64,000 nucleotides of DNA, taken from Corallococcus sp. AS-1-6 (GTDB lineage Bacteria; Myxococcota; Myxococcia; Myxococcales; Myxococcaceae). The stretch covers positions 115,886 through 179,885 of the forward strand of contig NZ_JAIQDE010000007.1 of NCBI RefSeq assembly GCF_020037015.1, read 5' to 3'. How positions within the stretch are numbered: position 1 is the stretch's first letter; each line of letters starts with the position of its first letter. The position numbers and the translations under genes were made by a program. Below, one piece after another: positions 41,493 through 51,623 of this stretch. The notes under the pieces are model-generated. The model did not search any database, had not been told where the DNA came from, and worked only from the letters and a program-made list of their open reading frames with translations.

Positions 41493-44006
41493 GTGAGGAT
41501 CGAGATGTTGTCGTCGGAGCAGCGGGGGCGGGTGCTCGTGCTCGCGGCGAAGGCCGCGGGTGACGCGTTGGTGGAGCGGCTCACGGCGAGTGGCTACCAG
41601 TGCGCCTCCACGGAGCGGGAGACCGGGCTGGCGGAGATGGTGGATCAGCTCCAGCCGGAGGTGGTGCTCCTGGCCGTGACGGCCAAGCGGGCGGCGGAGC
41701 TGCTGGAGACGGTGCGCAAGACGGACAAGCTCCAGCGCCTGCCGGTGCTGGTGGATCAGGGCCGCGCGCGTTCGGCGGAGGCCTTCAAGCGCCTGGCGGT
41801 GGATGACTTCGTGCGCGGCGCGGATGAGCTGGTGCCCCGGCTGGAGTCCGCCCTGCGCGCCTGGAGGCTCAAGGAGCGCGAGGAGCGCATCCGGATGCGC
41901 ATGGGGATGCTGCTCGAAATCACCCAGGCGGCCACCAGCTCGCTGGAGCTGGAGGAGATCCTCCGCATCGCGGTGGAGAAGGTCGGCCAGGTGACGGGCA
42001 CGGACCGCTGCTCCGTGGTGCTGGTGGAGGGCAGCCACGCGCGCACGGCCACGGTCGTCGCGACGCAGGAGGACCCCAGCCTCGTCCAACTGGACATCGA
42101 GGTGGCGCGCTACCCGGAGCTGCGCCGCGCGCTGGAGACGCGCCAGCCCGTGCTGATTGAAGAGGCGCAGCGCGACCCGCTGATGGCGGAGGTGCGCACG
42201 TCGCTGTTGCCGCAGGGCGTGAAGTCCATCCTGGTGCAGCCGCTCATCTGCCAGGACGACCTGCTGGGCGCGCTCTTCCTGCGCGTGTCCAAGGGCGAGG
42301 CGTCCATCGGGCGCGACGAGCAGGAGTTCGCGGAGGCGGTGGCGGGCGTGCTCGCCAACTCCATCCGCAACGCGCGCCTGCACACGGCGGTGAAGAAGAA
42401 GCGCGAGGACCTGGAGCTGGCGTACGTGGAGCGCTACCGCGAGCTCAACGACGCGAACCGCCGCCTCAAGGAGCTCAACCGCCTCAAGGACGAGATCATC
42501 GCGGTGTGCAGCCACGACCTGCGCGCGCCGCTCCAGGTGCTCCTGGGGCACGGCCGGCTGCTCCTGGAAGGGCCGCTGGAGGCGCAGCAGAAGCAGTCCG
42601 CGGAGGCGATGATCCGCCAGGGCCGGAAGATCCTCACCCTGGTCGAGTCCCTGCTGGAGAAGGGCAAGGGCGAGGCGGCGCGCCTGTCCATCGAGCCCCG
42701 CGTGCTGGACGTGGCGCAGTTGTGCCGCGACGCCGTGGCGGAGCTGGAGATCCTGGCGGCGGAGAAGGCCGTGTCGCTGCGCTCCGAGTGCCCCGACAGC
42801 CTCATGCTGATCGGCGACGAGGTGAAGCTGCACGAGGTGCTGCAGAACCTCATCAGCAACGCCATCCAGCACGCCAGCGACCCGGGCGTGGTGGTGGTGC
42901 GCACGCAGCGGCTGTCCCGGCCGGACGGCGACGCGGTGCGCGTGATGGTGAGCGACAACGGCGTGGGCATCCCGCCGGACGAGCTGCACCTCGTCTTCGA
43001 CCGCTACCGCCACGGGCCCAAGGGCACGGGGCTGGGGCTGGCCATCTGCAAGGAGTTCGTGGAGCTGCACGGCGGTGAGATCTGGGCGGAGAGCCCGGCG
43101 GACGGCGGCTGCACCTTCGTCTTCACGCTGCCCCTGGCGCAGGAGGCCGCGCGCAACCCCCGGCCGCAGCCCGCGCCCGGCGCCGCCCCCGAGCAGCCGC
43201 GCGTGCTGGTGGTGGAGGACGAGCCGGAGATCGCCGCGGTGCTGTCGGAGGTGCTGCGCTCGAAGTACCGCGTGGAGGTGGCGCGCGACGGCGCGGAGGG
43301 CCTGGCGAAGGCACGCGCGTCCCGGCCGGACCTGGTGGTGATGGACGTGTTCCTGCCCAAGCTGGACGGCCTGGACGCGGCCATGGCGCTCAAGTCCTCG
43401 TCGGACACGGCGCACATCCCGGTCATCCTCCTGTCCGCCCACCAGGGCGTGGCCGACAAGGTCCGCGCGCTCAACCTGGGCGCGGTGGACTACATGGCCA
43501 AGCCCTTCAACGCGGTGGAGCTGCTCAACCGCACCGAGCGCGCGCTCAAGCTGCGCCAGGGTGAGAAGGAGCAGGACACCAAGACGAACTCGCTCCAGCG
43601 CCGCACCGGCAGCGACCCCGTGACGGGGCTGCACGACCGCCGGGGCCTGCTCCTGCGCCTGGAGCAGGAGGTGGCCCGCAGCCGCCGCTACCACCGCGCC
43701 CTCACGCTGGCGGTGCTGCGTCCGGACCGCGAGCTGGAGGTGATGCCCTCCAACATGGGGGACGTGATGCGCAAGCGCGTGCGCCACCCGGACGCCATCG
43801 CCCACCTGGGGCAGGGCGTCTTCGCGGTGGTGCTGCCCGAGTGCAACGCGGACGCGGCGCGCACGGTCATCAACCGCCTGATGCCGGACGTGGAGCAGGT
43901 GACCTCCATCGAGTACCGGGCCGCCATGGCGGACGTCAGCCAGGACAGCGATCCGGTGGAGAAGCTGCTGGAGAAGCTGGGGGCGCCCCCTCCCGAGGTC
44001 CACTAG
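41493..44006 (+). CDS. hybrid sensor histidine kinase (N-terminal REC-like, GAF, HisKA/HATPase_c, REC, C-terminal degenerate GGDEF)
   Basis: H-box AVCSHDLRAPL; N/G boxes ...NLISNAIQHA...DNGVGIP...GTGLGLAI; REC VLVVEDEPE...DLVVMDVFLP; C-terminal GGDEF-like with LGQGVF in place of GGDEF. Confidence 0.85.
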   Translation: MRIEMLSSEQRGRVLVLAAKAAGDALVERLTASGYQCASTERETGLAEMVDQLQPEVVLLAVTAKRAAELLETVRKTDKLQRLPVLVDQGRARSAEAFKRLAVDDFVRGADELVPRLESALRAWRLKEREERIRMRMGMLLEITQAATSSLELEEILRIAVEKVGQVTGTDRCSVVLVEGSHARTATVVATQEDPSLVQLDIEVARYPELRRALETRQPVLIEEAQRDPLMAEVRTSLLPQGVKSILVQPLICQDDLLGALFLRVSKGEASIGRDEQEFAEAVAGVLANSIRNARLHTAVKKKREDLELAYVERYRELNDANRRLKELNRLKDEIIAVCSHDLRAPLQVLLGHGRLLLEGPLEAQQKQSAEAMIRQGRKILTLVESLLEKGKGEAARLSIEPRVLDVAQLCRDAVAELEILAAEKAVSLRSECPDSLMLIGDEVKLHEVLQNLISNAIQHASDPGVVVVRTQRLSRPDGDAVRVMVSDNGVGIPPDELHLVFDRYRHGPKGTGLGLAICKEFVELHGGEIWAESPADGGCTFVFTLPLAQEAARNPRPQPAPGAAPEQPRVLVVEDEPEIAAVLSEVLRSKYRVEVARDGAEGLAKARASRPDLVVMDVFLPKLDGLDAAMALKSSSDTAHIPVILLSAHQGVADKVRALNLGAVDYMAKPFNAVELLNRTERALKLRQGEKEQDTKTNSLQRRTGSDPVTGLHDRRGLLLRLEQEVARSRRYHRALTLAVLRPDRELEVMPSNMGDVMRKRVRHPDAIAHLGQGVFAVVLPECNADAARTVINRLMPDVEQVTSIEYRAAMADVSQDSDPVEKLLEKLGAPPPEVH

Positions 44007-44011
44007 CCCGC

Positions 44012-45898
44012 GTGCGCCCGCTCCCGCTCCTCAGCCGTGCCGCGGTGATGTGCCTCGCGCTGGCCGCCGGAGGTTCGGGGGCCGCGCCCGCGAGGAGGGC
44101 CCCGGCCCCGCACGTCGACCGCGAGGCGATGCGCGAGGCCATGGACTCGAGCAGCCGCGACGACGAGCCGTCCGCGTCGTCCGCCAGCTACGCGCACTAC
44201 CTCCAGGCGCGGCTGATGCACCTGGAGGGCAACCACCGGGCCTCGGTGGACGAGCTGCGGCTGGCGCTCGCCACCGACGACGGCAACCCGACCCTCCTCA
44301 CCCAGTTGGGCGAGGAGTACGCGCGCCTGGGCGACCTCACGCGCGCCGAGCGCGAGCTGCGCCGGGCCGTGGAGAAGGCCCCCACGCACTACGCCGCCCA
44401 CGTGCTGCTGGGCCGGGTGCTGCTGGAGTCCGGCCGCACGGCGCGCGCGAAGCAGCACCTGCGCCGCGCGGTGGCGCTGCGCCCCCGCGAGCCGGAGGCG
44501 TACCTCGTCCTGTCGCAGTTGTACCTGGACGCGAAGGACCCCGACGAGGCGGTGAAGGTGGTGGAGGCGCTGGCCCACGCGCTGCCCGGAGAGGCCTCCG
44601 GCTACCGCCGGCTGGGGCTCGTCCTGGCCGAGCGCGGCGACGCGCCCCGCGCCGAGCGCCTGCTCGCGAAGGCCGCCGAGCGCGACCCGGGCGACGTGGA
44701 GGTGTGGTCCACGCTGGCCCGGCTCTACGAGGGCTCCGGCCGGCCGAAGGAGGCGGAGGACGCGCTGGCCCGCGCGCTGGAGGCGGATCCGGACAGCCGC
44801 GAGGTGCTCCTGTCCGCGGGCCGCGCCGCGCTCAAGGGCGGGTCGGTGACCCGGGCGCGGGCGTACTTCGACCGGCTGCTGTCGCTCTCCGCGTCGCCGG
44901 AGCTGGCCGTGCGCGTGGCCTTCAGCTACCTGGCCTCCGGAGAGCCGGCCCCCGCGCGGGAGGTGCTGGACGCCGCGCGCAAGGACGCGCCGGACGAGCC
45001 CCGGCTGGCGTACTACGCCGGCCTCGTCGCGGAGCGCACCCGCCGCTTCTCCGTCGCCGCCCAGGACTTCGCGGGCGTGCCCCCGGACTCGGAGGTGTTC
45101 CCGGACGCCCGCGTGCGCCAGGCCCGCTGCCTGTCGCTGGCGGGAGACCACCCGCGCGCGCTGGCGCTCTACCGCGCGGCCATGTCGGACGCGCCTGACG
45201 ACGTGGAGGTGCGCGTCGGCTACGCCCGGGCGCTGGAGCGCGGCGGGGACGCGGCGAGGGCGGAGGGCGTGCTGCGCGAGGCGCTGGCGGGGGAGGGCGG
45301 GGCGCTGGCGTACGACGCGCTGGCCAGCCTGCTGGAGCGCCAGGGCCGGGCCCCGGACGCGCTCGCGCTCCTGCGGGACGCCGTCGCGAAGGCGCCGAGG
45401 AACCAGGACCTGCAGTTCGCCCTGGCCACCCTGCTGGAGCGCCAGGGCGACGTGGCGGGGGCGCTGTCGCGCATGCGGGCGGTGCTCGCGCTGAAGCCGG
45501 ACCACTCCGCCGCGCTGAACTTCATGGGCTACGTGATGGCGCAGCGGGGCCGGGACCTGGACCAGGCGGAGCGGCTGGTGCGGCGCGCGCTGGCGCTCCG
45601 GCCGGACAACGCGGCCTACGTGGACTCGCTGGGGTGGGTGCACTACCAGCGCGGTGACGCCCGGAAGGCCGTGGAGGTCCTGGAGCGCGCGGTGGAGCTG
45701 TCCCCGGACGACCCCGCCATCCTGGAGCACCTGGGAGACGCGTACCTCAAGGCGGGCCGCGCCCCGGAGGCCGTCCGGACCTGGAAGCGCGCGCTGGAGG
45801 TGCTGATGCTGGAGCCGGAGGCCGCCGAGCCCGCCAACCAGCGCACCACCCTGGAGCGCAAGTTGAAGGCGCTACCCTCGACCGCGCTGGGCCGCTAA
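44012..45898 (+). CDS. TPR-repeat protein, secreted
   Basis: GTG start with signal-like VRPLPLLSRAAVMCLALAAG; ~14 TPR-like repeats. Confidence 0.6.
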   Translation: MRPLPLLSRAAVMCLALAAGGSGAAPARRAPAPHVDREAMREAMDSSSRDDEPSASSASYAHYLQARLMHLEGNHRASVDELRLALATDDGNPTLLTQLGEEYARLGDLTRAERELRRAVEKAPTHYAAHVLLGRVLLESGRTARAKQHLRRAVALRPREPEAYLVLSQLYLDAKDPDEAVKVVEALAHALPGEASGYRRLGLVLAERGDAPRAERLLAKAAERDPGDVEVWSTLARLYEGSGRPKEAEDALARALEADPDSREVLLSAGRAALKGGSVTRARAYFDRLLSLSASPELAVRVAFSYLASGEPAPAREVLDAARKDAPDEPRLAYYAGLVAERTRRFSVAAQDFAGVPPDSEVFPDARVRQARCLSLAGDHPRALALYRAAMSDAPDDVEVRVGYARALERGGDAARAEGVLREALAGEGGALAYDALASLLERQGRAPDALALLRDAVAKAPRNQDLQFALATLLERQGDVAGALSRMRAVLALKPDHSAALNFMGYVMAQRGRDLDQAERLVRRALALRPDNAAYVDSLGWVHYQRGDARKAVEVLERAVELSPDDPAILEHLGDAYLKAGRAPEAVRTWKRALEVLMLEPEAAEPANQRTTLERKLKALPSTALGR

Positions 45899-45910
45899 GG
45901 TCCCGGGCTC

Positions 45911-46747
45911 ATGGCCCGCCACGACGAAGGCTTCTTCACCGGGAAGGACAACACCCGGCTGTTCTGGACGCTGGACCTGCCGGACACGCCCCCCCGCGCG
46001 CACGTCGCCATCGTCCATGGCTATGGCGACCACATCGGCCGCTACCGGCCCGTCATCGACGCGCTGGTGAAGGACGGCTTCGCCGTGCACGGCTTCGACT
46101 ACCGGGGCCACGGCCGCGCGGACGGCCGGCGCGCCTACGCCGCGAAGTGGACCGAGTTCCTCGACGACCTGGACGGCTTCTGGCAGCGCGTGCGCAAGGC
46201 CGCGGGCAACGAGAAGATCTTCCTGCTCGCCCACAGCCACGGCGGCCTGATGGCCGCGCACGCCCTGACCGGGAGGCTGGAGGGGCTCTCCGGCGCCATC
46301 CTCTCCGCGCCCTACCTCAAGCTCGCCATCACCCCGCCGGCCGCGAAGGTGCTCGCAGCGCGCATGGTGGGCTCCGTGGTGCCCTGGATGAAGGTGCCCT
46401 CCGGCCTGGCCCCGGACATGCTCAGCACCGACCCGGAGATTCAAAAGGCGGTCGGGGCGGACCCGCTGTACGTGCCCTTCGCCACGCCCCGCTGGTTCGT
46501 GGAGTCCACGGCCGCCCAGGCGCAGACGCTCTCGCTGGCGCCGAAGATTCAAGTGCCGCTGTTCGTGCTGTGCGGCCAGGAGGACGGGGTGGCGCTGCCG
46601 GCGGCGGCGCGGGCCTTCTTCGAGGCGGCGGGGACGGCGGACAAGAAGTTCAAGGAGTACCCCGGAATGCGGCATGAGCCGCTCAACGAGCGGGACCGCG
46701 CGACGGTGTTCCAGGACATCTCCGGCTGGATCTCCGCGCATCTCTGA
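45911..46747 (+). CDS. alpha/beta hydrolase (lysophospholipase/monoacylglycerol lipase-like)
   Basis: HGYGDH, nucleophile elbow LLAHSHGG, catalytic His near C-terminus. Confidence 0.8.
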   Translation: MARHDEGFFTGKDNTRLFWTLDLPDTPPRAHVAIVHGYGDHIGRYRPVIDALVKDGFAVHGFDYRGHGRADGRRAYAAKWTEFLDDLDGFWQRVRKAAGNEKIFLLAHSHGGLMAAHALTGRLEGLSGAILSAPYLKLAITPPAAKVLAARMVGSVVPWMKVPSGLAPDMLSTDPEIQKAVGADPLYVPFATPRWFVESTAAQAQTLSLAPKIQVPLFVLCGQEDGVALPAAARAFFEAAGTADKKFKEYPGMRHEPLNERDRATVFQDISGWISAHL

Positions 46748-46800
46748 CATAATCAGGTCGCCCCGCTCCCGACGGAGCAGGCGCTGGCGAGGATCACCTC

Positions 46801-47142
46801 ATGGCACAGGGTGAAACGGGCATCATTGGCAAGGGCATCGTCATCAGGGGCAACCTCACGGGCGGAGGGGACCTGGTCATCGAGGGGCGCGTGGAGGGGC
46901 AGATCGCCCTGAAGAACCACCTCACCATCGAGGGCACCGGCAAGGTGCAAGCGGACATCCGCGCCGAGGAACTGACCATCAACGGCGAGGCGAGCGGCAA
47001 CATCGACGCCTCCACGCGCGTGGCCATCAACGCCTCGGCGAAGGTCGCGGGCGACATCAAGGCCCCGCGGGTCATCATCGAGGACGGCGCCGTGTTCAAC
47101 GGCTCCATCGAGATGGACGTGAAGTTGCCGGACGACATCTAG
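46801..47142 (+). CDS. bacN: bactofilin
   Basis: Bactofilin DUF583 repeats ...G.I.G.V.A..V.I.G...G.I...; first of three tandem bactofilins, gene order as in M. xanthus bacNOP. Confidence 0.75.
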   Translation: MAQGETGIIGKGIVIRGNLTGGGDLVIEGRVEGQIALKNHLTIEGTGKVQADIRAEELTINGEASGNIDASTRVAINASAKVAGDIKAPRVIIEDGAVFNGSIEMDVKLPDDI

Positions 47143-47204
47143 CATCCACCGGGGACCGACCCACGGCCCCCCATGCGCACAGCTTCGAGAAGGCGGACAC
47201 ACTC

Positions 47205-47528
47205 ATGGCGAATACGATCATTGGCTCGAGCATCGTCATCGACGGAGAGATTTCCGGTGACGAGGACCTGGTCATCCAGGGCACCGTGAAGGGGAAGATC
47301 TCCCTCAAGGAGAGCCTCTACGTGGAGGGCTCCGGCGTCGTCGAGGCGGACATCGAGACGCAGAACGTGGAGATCGCCGGCCGCGTGACGGGCAACATCG
47401 CCGCCAGCGACAAGGTGGAGCTGAAGACGGACTGCCGCGTGGTGGGCGACATCAAGGCCCCGCGCATCCTCATCGCCGACGGTGCCTCCTTCAAGGGCAA
47501 CGTCGACATGGACATGAAGGAGCGCTGA
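47205..47528 (+). CDS. bacO: bactofilin
   Basis: Bactofilin domain, 107 aa. Confidence 0.75.
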   Translation: MANTIIGSSIVIDGEISGDEDLVIQGTVKGKISLKESLYVEGSGVVEADIETQNVEIAGRVTGNIAASDKVELKTDCRVVGDIKAPRILIADGASFKGNVDMDMKER

Positions 47529-47531
47529 TCC

Positions 47532-48251
47532 GTGGCGACCGCGAAGGATCTTGCAGGCAACGCCGTCGACAACACCGTGGTGGGGCCCTCCATCCTCATC
47601 AGCGGTCGGCTCACGGGTGACGAGGACCTCACGGTCCGCGGGCGCGTCGAGGGTGAGCTCACCCTCAGCCGCACCCTCATCGTGGAGCCGTCCGGCGTGG
47701 TGAAGGCCAACGTGGCGGTGAAGAACGCCATCGTGAGCGGCGTGGTGGTGGGCAACATCAACGCCACGGAGAGCGTGGAGCTCACCCGCGAGGGCCGCAT
47801 GGTGGGCGACATCCGCGCCCCCCGCGTCATCATCGTGGACGGGGCCAGCTTCCGCGGCCGCGTGGACATGGGCGACGTGGAACCGGGCCGGCTGCCGTCC
47901 GAGCGCCCCGCCGTGGCCCGCCCCCAGGCGGTGACGCGCCCCACGGTGCGTCCGGGCGCCACCCCGCCGCGTCCTCCGACGCCGCCGGCAGCCCCGCCGC
48001 GCGCCGCTCCGACGCCGCCGCCCCCGCCTCCCGCGCGCACGCAGCCCGCGACGACGGCGCCGGCCACCGTCGTGGCCCGTCCGTCGGCCAAGCCGCTGCC
48101 GCCGCCCCCGCCGCCCGCCGCCACCACGACCCGGGCGCCGGAGCCTCCGCGTCCGGCCGCCACTGAGCAGGCGAGCAGTGCTGGCGCGCCCGTTCCCCGC
48201 GTGATGGGTGCTGGCGCGAAGAAGAAGGTCGTGGTGAAGAAGTCCCGTTAG
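47532..48251 (+). CDS. bacP: bactofilin with long Pro/Ala-rich C-terminal tail
   Basis: GTG start 4 nt after bacO stop; bactofilin core then [20 protein letters not shown] tail. Confidence 0.7.
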   Translation: MATAKDLAGNAVDNTVVGPSILISGRLTGDEDLTVRGRVEGELTLSRTLIVEPSGVVKANVAVKNAIVSGVVVGNINATESVELTREGRMVGDIRAPRVIIVDGASFRGRVDMGDVEPGRLPSERPAVARPQAVTRPTVRPGATPPRPPTPPAAPPRAAPTPPPPPPARTQPATTAPATVVARPSAKPLPPPPPPAATTTRAPEPPRPAATEQASSAGAPVPRVMGAGAKKKVVVKKSR

Positions 48252-48312
48252 AGCCCGCCCGCCGCGCCGTCGTTTCCGGCGGCGCGGGGGTGGAACAACC
48301 GGGGGTGCCACC

Positions 48313-49788
48313 ATGGACGCCGAGCACAGGGCCGAGGGACAGGAAGGGATGCCGGGCACACCTGGAGAGAACGCGACGCCGTCCCAGCAGGAGGGCGCGG
48401 CCGACGCGTCCGCGCCGAAGCATGGCGAGGGCGCGAGTGGAGACGTGACGCCGGAAGGGGCCGCCCGGGCCGAAGCGGCTGGGGCCCAGACCGGCCTGCC
48501 GGCGGAAGGTGGTCAGGTGACCGGAGCCAGCGGTGAGGGCAACGCACCCCCGCACGGCACCGCCGCGAGCGAGGCCAGCGCCTCCGCCCACGGCACCGAG
48601 ACGAGCACGGCCAGCGGCGAGGGCAGCGCTTCCGCCCACGGAGCCGACTTGAGCACGGCCAGCGGCGAGGCCAGCGCCTCCGCCCACGGCACCGACGCGA
48701 GCGAGGGCAGCGCCTCCGCCCACGGAGCCGACACGAGCGCGGCCGGTGGCGAGGGCAACGGATTGGATTCCAGCGAGGCACGCGACGCAGGCGCGGGGAC
48801 GGATTCCAGCGCGGCCGGTGGTCAGGGCGCGCCGTCTTCGACCGGAGCGGACGCGGCAGGGCAGGGCGAGGGCACCCGTGCGGACGCGGAGGCCTCCGCG
48901 GGCCCCGGCCGCTACGTGGAGCTGTCCTCGGGCGAGCGCGTCCAGGACGCCTCCGGCACGGGCAGCGACGGTGGCGGCGAGGCGAAGGACGTGCTGGCGG
49001 AGCCGCGCTCCGGTCCGGTGTCGGGCGCGGACGACGCGCTCTTGGGCGCCGGCATCTGGGACGTGGCGAGCCGGGCGAGCCAGGAGGACGCGGGCTCCGG
49101 CGAGGGGACGGAACAGGGCGCCAACGACGGCGCGGCGACTTCGGAAGGGGAGCCCCACGCGCAGGCCATCGAGCCGCGCGTGATGGGACAGGTGACGGCG
49201 ATGGTGCTGCCGCTGGAGCGACTGGAGGAGGACACGACCTTCCGCCTGCGGGACGAGGGCGACGTGTCCGAGCTGGCCACGGACCTGGCGCGTCTGGGCC
49301 AACTGTTCCCGGTGGACGTGCGCCCGCGGGGCGAGGACCGCTACCAGCTCATCTGCGGCTTCCGGCGCGTGGCGGCGCTGCGCTTCCTCAAGCGCGACCA
49401 GGTCCAGGTGCGCGTGCACGAGGAGCTGTCCGACGAGGACGCGCTCCTGTTGTCCCTGGCGGAGGCCATCCACGCCTCGCCGGTGGAGCACGACGTGCTG
49501 GAGGCCAAGCGCGAGTCGCTGGAGGCCGAAGGCCGGCTGACGGCGCCGGTGCGCGACATGCTGGAGAAGGCGCTCGCCACCGAGGAGACGCTGGCCCCGG
49601 AGGGCGTCGAGGAGGAGATCGACGCGGACGAGCTGGCGGTGGACGTCGCGCAGCGCATGGGCGCCCTCAACCAGGACCTGTCGCTGCTCGCGGACGTGTT
49701 CGCGGCGCTGGACGAATCGCGCAAGGCGGAGCTGCTGATGCAGTTGCGCTACTCGGCGCAGTTGGTGGCGTACCTGGAGGGCCTGTAG
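48313..49788 (+). CDS. padC: ParB-like nuclease-domain protein (PadC-like bactofilin/ParA adaptor) with acidic Ser/Ala/Gly-rich N-terminal region
   Basis: ParB/Srx fold ...[25 protein letters not shown]...; position after bacNOP and before pyrE as in M. xanthus. Confidence 0.65.
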   Translation: MDAEHRAEGQEGMPGTPGENATPSQQEGAADASAPKHGEGASGDVTPEGAARAEAAGAQTGLPAEGGQVTGASGEGNAPPHGTAASEASASAHGTETSTASGEGSASAHGADLSTASGEASASAHGTDASEGSASAHGADTSAAGGEGNGLDSSEARDAGAGTDSSAAGGQGAPSSTGADAAGQGEGTRADAEASAGPGRYVELSSGERVQDASGTGSDGGGEAKDVLAEPRSGPVSGADDALLGAGIWDVASRASQEDAGSGEGTEQGANDGAATSEGEPHAQAIEPRVMGQVTAMVLPLERLEEDTTFRLRDEGDVSELATDLARLGQLFPVDVRPRGEDRYQLICGFRRVAALRFLKRDQVQVRVHEELSDEDALLLSLAEAIHASPVEHDVLEAKRESLEAEGRLTAPVRDMLEKALATEETLAPEGVEEEIDADELAVDVAQRMGALNQDLSLLADVFAALDESRKAELLMQLRYSAQLVAYLEGL

Positions 49789-49791
49789 GCC

Positions 49792-50367
49792 ATGGCGGAA
49801 ACGCTCGAACGTGACCGCGCCCGGCTGCTGGAGGTGCTCACCCAGCGCTCCTTCGAGCGCCGGCGCGTGGTGCTCTCCTCCGGCAAGGAGTCGGACTTCT
49901 ACATCGACTGCAAGCGCACGGCGCTGCTCGCCGAGGGCCACTACCTCATCGGCCGGCTGCTGCTGGAGGCCATCCGGCGCGACGCTCCGTCGGCGGTGGC
50001 CGCGGGCGGGCTGACGCTGGGCGCGGATCCGCTCGCGTCGGCGGTGAGCCTGACCAGCTTCCTGGAGGGCGGCGGCCAGAAGCCCCTGCACGCGTTCATC
50101 GTGCGCAAGGAGCCCAAGGGCCACGGCACCGGCCAGTGGATTGAAGGCCTGTCCGCGCTGGGCCCCGGCGCCCCGGTGGCCATCGTGGAGGACGTCGTCA
50201 CGACGGGCGCGTCCACGCTCAAGGCCATCGAGCGCGCGAAGCTGGAGGGCCTGACGGTGCTGGGCGCCTTCGCGCTGGTGGACCGGCTGGAGGGCGGACG
50301 CGAGGCCGTGGAGTCCGCCGGCCACCGGCTCACCACGCTGTTCACACGCAAGGACTTCATCCCGTGA
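49792..50367 (+). CDS. pyrE: orotate phosphoribosyltransferase
   Basis: PRPP-binding VAIVEDVVTTGAS; 191 aa. Confidence 0.85.
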   Translation: MAETLERDRARLLEVLTQRSFERRRVVLSSGKESDFYIDCKRTALLAEGHYLIGRLLLEAIRRDAPSAVAAGGLTLGADPLASAVSLTSFLEGGGQKPLHAFIVRKEPKGHGTGQWIEGLSALGPGAPVAIVEDVVTTGASTLKAIERAKLEGLTVLGAFALVDRLEGGREAVESAGHRLTTLFTRKDFIP

Positions 50368-50993
50368 GAAGGCTGCTGGTGGCCGCGGTGCTGCTGGGCG
50401 CGCTGGGCGGCTGCTCCACCGCGCCCCCCGTCGTCGGTGAGCCCGCGCCCACGCTGGATGATCCGAAGCAGGAGTCGGCCTACCTCGCGGTGCTGGACAG
50501 GTACTCGGACCGCAAGGAGATCTACGACGGCTTCGACACGCGCGTCTTCGCGGGGACCACGTTCCAGACCCCCGCCTTCCGCGAGGCCCGCGTCCACCGC
50601 CGCGCCATCTTCCAGACGCTGCCCGCCGCGAAGGTGGAGCAGCTCCTGGAGGAAGAACAGGCCGACGCGGCGAAGTTCCACGAGTTCTTCCTGGCGGTGC
50701 ACGTCAACGACTACCGCTACGACGACTTCGCCCACCGCAACAGCATCTGGCGGATCGCGCTGGTGACGCCCGCGGGCGAAATCACGCCCATGGAGATCCG
50801 CCGCCTGGGCCGGGCGGACCTCAACGTGCGCGCCTACTACCCCTACGCCAGCCTCTTCTGGGTGGGCTACCGCGTGCGCTTCCCGAAGACCTTCGCCAAC
50901 GGCCAGCCCGTCATCCCCGAGGGCACCGAGCAGGTGATGCTCCGCGTCGCCTCGTCGCTGGGCAACGCGGCGCTGAAGGTCCACGCGCGCTGA
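50364..50993 (+). CDS. hypothetical lipoprotein
   Basis: GTGA overlap with pyrE stop; lipobox LGALGGCS. Confidence 0.5.
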   Translation: MRRLLVAAVLLGALGGCSTAPPVVGEPAPTLDDPKQESAYLAVLDRYSDRKEIYDGFDTRVFAGTTFQTPAFREARVHRRAIFQTLPAAKVEQLLEEEQADAAKFHEFFLAVHVNDYRYDDFAHRNSIWRIALVTPAGEITPMEIRRLGRADLNVRAYYPYASLFWVGYRVRFPKTFANGQPVIPEGTEQVMLRVASSLGNAALKVHAR

Positions 50994-51018
50994 GCCCGAG
51001 GAGCCCGGCCGCGGGCCC

Positions 51019-51621
51019 TCAGGTCTGCTGGCCGTCCTTCAGCCACTTCGACGTGAGCGGCATGGTCGGCCCCGCGAGTAGGCGGTCCAGGAGCGCGTCC
51101 GGCGAGGCGTTCACCGCGAAAGGTGTGCCCTGCGTCTCCGGGACGAAGCCCGCCTCCACCATCTGCTTCGCCATCGCGAGCAGCGGCTGGAAGAAGCCGT
51201 CCACGTCCAACAGGCCCATGGGCTTGCGGTGCAGGCCCAACTGCGCCCAGGTGATGATCTCGAAGAGTTCATCCAGCGTGCCGAAGCCGCCGGGCAGGGC
51301 GACGAAGGCGTCCGAGCGCTCGGCCATCAGCGCCTTGCGCGCGTGCATGGAGTCCACCCGGTGCAGCTCCGTCAGCCGCGGGTGGGCCAGCTCCTTCGCG
51401 TCCATGAAGTGGGGCAGCACGCCCACGGCCTTGCCGCCGTTGGCGATGACGGCGTCCGCCACCGCGCCCATCAACCCCACGCTGGCGCCGCCGTAGACGA
51501 GCGTCAGGCCCCGCTTCGCCAGCGCGGCGCCCATCCTGGACGCGGCCTCGCGGTACTCGGCGCGCACGCCGGAGCGCGAGCCACAGAAGACGCAGACGCT
51601 GCGCACGGGGGTCTCAGCCAT
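51019..51621 (-). CDS. LOG family protein (cytokinin riboside 5'-monophosphate phosphoribohydrolase-like, TIGR00730)
   Basis: VFCGSRSG...PGGFGTLDELFE; true start MAETPV at 51621; upstream part of ORF 52122 is spurious. Confidence 0.8.
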   Translation of the reverse strand: MAETPVRSVCVFCGSRSGVRAEYREAASRMGAALAKRGLTLVYGGASVGLMGAVADAVIANGGKAVGVLPHFMDAKELAHPRLTELHRVDSMHARKALMAERSDAFVALPGGFGTLDELFEIITWAQLGLHRKPMGLLDVDGFFQPLLAMAKQMVEAGFVPETQGTPFAVNASPDALLDRLLAGPTMPLTSKWLKDGQQT

Positions 51622-51623
51622 CG

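Noticed and set aside
41376-44003. 875-aa minus-strand ORF
   Set aside because: Antisense to the hybrid histidine kinase gene
50993-51030. Short GC hairpin between convergent lipoprotein and LOG genes
   Set aside because: 5-bp stem only, no U-tract
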